A DNA stretch of 64,000 nt from Bdellovibrionota bacterium (GTDB taxonomy: Bacteria > Bdellovibrionota_C > UBA2361 > CALJRW01). Numbering within the stretch: the first letter of the stretch is position 1; each line of letters starts with the position of its first letter. The notes below the pieces were generated by a model. The model searched no databases. It saw nothing but the letters and a program-made list of their open reading frames with translations, and had not been told where the DNA came from. Position numbers and translations under genes: made by a program. The stretch lies in assembly GCA_041740355.1 (NCBI GenBank), contig JBGSMD010000016.1, positions 188,936 through 252,935 on the forward strand, written 5' to 3'. Positions 61,945-64,000 of this stretch are shown here, piece after piece.

Positions 61945-63011
61945 CTAAGCTGCCTTTTCTATTTTGGTATCAGAATAATTTATTTCATAATTAGTTTGTT
62001 TTCTAAAAAGAGCTCTTGCTCGTCCACTAAGTTTTCTGGCGATAGCAACAATTGCTTTCTTGCCATTTTTTCCCGCAGCAATTCTTGAATAAGTTTGTTT
62101 TAGAATTGGATCCTTTCCAATTGTAATCCAAGCTGATTCGGTTAGCAGTTCTCTAATTCTAGAATTACCTTGCCGAGATATTCTTCCTCTTCTAATACTT
62201 TCACCACTTGAGAATTCACAAGGTGTTAATCCTAAGAAGTTAAATAATGCTTTCTCGTTTCTAAACTGAGACATATCACCTAGCTCAGTTGCTAAAACAG
62301 TAGCTGTTTGAATTCCAATACCTGGGATTTGTAAGTAAGTTTGAACAATACTGGAAACTTTAGCTTCTTCTAAAAACTGCTGATTTAATTGTTTTATTTG
62401 CAGTTCTAGTTCTTTCCAAATAGATAGTAGTGGATACAAACTAAGCCTTACTTTCTCAGGAACAACGTTACTCATAATTAAGTTTGTGGCAGATTTATAA
62501 GTTAAAACTATTTTTAAATTTTCTGGAAACAAACCAAAGTGAATTAGCCTCATCCTGATCCTTGCGATTATTCGTACTCTGTCTTGTACTAACTGTCTTC
62601 TAGTCCTGTGTGCTAATCGACTTTGCTCTTGTTCTGGGGTTGGTAGATTCCTTTTAGTAATCCTAAACTTAAATGCTTTGCCATTTTTGTGGCATCTCTT
62701 TTGTCTGTCTTTACCCGATCTTTGGATTCAACTGCAATGGAAGACGAATTAACTATGATATTATCAATACCTGCTTCTGTTAATTCTCGGTGCAGAACAA
62801 AACCACTAAATCCTGCTTCGTAAACAGTTCTAAGGTTTGCTTTTGGATAATTACTTTTTAAATACTTGATTAGCCTTTCAGGACTTCCAGGCATTCTGGT
62901 TTTCTTTACTACTTCCGATTCTATTAATTCAACTACTGTGTAGCTTGTACGGGGAACATCAATACCGACAAATACTTCGCCTTCGTACTGCTGATTCTTT
63001 AATGTTGAAAT
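61945..63011 (-). pseudogene. IS110 DEDD recombinase, frameshifted
   Basis: VGIDV, YEAG, KTDKRDA, IPGIG, LGLTP..FSSG, AIARKL; ATT after AGGAG where ATG is expected; frameshift near 62645. Confidence 0.9.
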
Positions 63012-63137
63012 GGCAGACTCCTAAACTTAAATTAATTTCCAGATAATACAGGAATTTAATCTATTTTTGTTTAAGTTCTCTACATAGCAACTCCAAATAA
63101 AACTAAAAAAAACTAACTGAATTATTTATTCTGTTTG

Positions 63138-63818
63138 TCATTTATTACTATTTTCTAATTCTTCTAATAAATCCTCTATCTTAGCTCTTTTTTTATAATC
63201 AACTTCAATAAAAGAATAGGTAATTTTTTTATCTTTATCGACAATAAAAGTTGCCGCTAAAGGTAGCTCCCAAGAATGATTACCCTGATTCTTATCAAGA
63301 TCAATGCCAAACTGTCCGTAGAGTTCTTTTAATTCTTCATTGATTTTAAAAACAATCCCTAAATTTTTAGCGTATTTATTATCAACATCACTTAAAATAC
63401 TAAACTTTAGATCCCCCTTTTTAATAGTTACAGAAGAACTTTCTGGTAGTTCTGGGGAAATAGCAATCAAATTTGCACCTAGTTCATTTATCTCTTTAAT
63501 TTTGCTTGAATATGATTGTAGTTGTACATTGCAATACGGACACCACTCTCCTCTATAAAAGGTTATAATAGCTGGTTTATCTCCAAGTAATTTATATAAA
63601 GTAGTTTCTTCTGTGAGATTTAAAAATTGTCCATCAGGTAATGTGTCTCCAAGCTTTGGAGCCTTAGCCATAATGTTAGTGGCTTTTAATTCCTGAAGCG
63701 CCTCAGCCATAATTTGATCTTTATTAGCTAGTATCTTAGCATTTTTCTTTGGTGCATCCTCTGCAATCAAATGAGTACTTAGGAACAAGCTAAATAATAG
63801 TATAAGAACATTTTTCAT
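63138..63818 (-). CDS. AhpC/TSA peroxiredoxin-like protein
   Basis: FYRGEWCPYC, AISPE, WELPLAATF; likely start MKNVL at 63818. Confidence 0.9.
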   Translation of the reverse strand: MKNVLILLFSLFLSTHLIAEDAPKKNAKILANKDQIMAEALQELKATNIMAKAPKLGDTLPDGQFLNLTEETTLYKLLGDKPAIITFYRGEWCPYCNVQLQSYSSKIKEINELGANLIAISPELPESSSVTIKKGDLKFSILSDVDNKYAKNLGIVFKINEELKELYGQFGIDLDKNQGNHSWELPLAATFIVDKDKKITYSFIEVDYKKRAKIEDLLEELENSNK

Positions 63819-63881
63819 GTGGTTAATTTTAATTAAATTGTAGTAGATCATAACAACAATATATACAGTAATATAGTAAAC

Positions 63882-64000
63882 TGAGCTTCGCCAAAATCTT
63901 GGACACCAATCCCTATAAACTTTCCTTGTGAATTTCTTCAAATTCATCAGGACTACAATACCCTAGAGAAGAATGCATTCTCTTTGGATTGTAGAAATTC
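63882..64000 (-). mobile_element. IS3-family element right end with transposase C-terminus (partial, stop at 63913)
   Basis: Minus strand FYNPKRMHSSLGYCSPDEFEE* then IR-like GTGTCCAAGATTTTGGCGAAGCTCA ending in CA. Confidence 0.85.

Larger units (their letters stand above)
61636..63092 (-). mobile_element. IS110-family, IS1111-group insertion sequence (CT core)
   Basis: CT at both junctions; subterminal IRs TATG(T)AGAGAA / TTCTCT-CATA; TTGACT at right end; long 3' non-coding region; empty-site homologue at 38480-38537. Confidence 0.85.
60377..63097 (+). mobile_element. RAYT-like element with inverted CTTGAGCC-type ends; right end interrupted by IS110
   Basis: Left end CTTGAGCCACGCCAA; right end TTGGTTGG-CT-[IS]-CCAA; single transposase between. 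Confidence 0.6.

Noticed and set aside
34740-63100. Classical integron/attC or pdif array
   Set aside because: No integrase, attC hairpins or XerC/D boxes seen; genes lie on both strands.
63819-63947. N-terminal extension of the peroxiredoxin ORF
   Set aside because: Overlaps the IS3 end; the signal peptide starts at 63818.

Overview
AT-rich bacterial accessory region with no rRNA, tRNA, CRISPR array or integrase. The first ~34 kb holds mixed single genes and small clusters: methyltransferase plus FAD oxidoreductase, a LivJ/K-like binding protein, a divergent GlnD, a JAB-motif protein, a GC-richer ACP/acyltransferase/AMP-ligase trio, DUF2130, SPFH, PhzF, DeaD and a 1640-aa carbohydrate-binding surface protein. 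From ~34.7 to 63.1 kb most intergenic gaps carry a recurring site, GG-CT-C(A/C)AG followed by a purine tail (10 exact GGCTCAAG copies found by eye, plus variants). This site forms the inverted ends of a RAYT-like HUH (Y1) transposase element (one intact copy, three fragments, one MITE-like derivative). An IS1111-type IS110 element (61636-63092) is inserted at the CT of one such end. Its 3' non-coding region folds into a ~170-nt bridge/seek-like RNA whose guide segments match both its own circle junction and the recurring site. Four stubs of the same IS end sit at other copies of the site. The best candidate for an undescribed system is this HUH element whose ends punctuate the gene array, together with an RNA-guided recombinase programmed against those ends. 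All calls come from reading motifs by eye; no database search or folding program was run.
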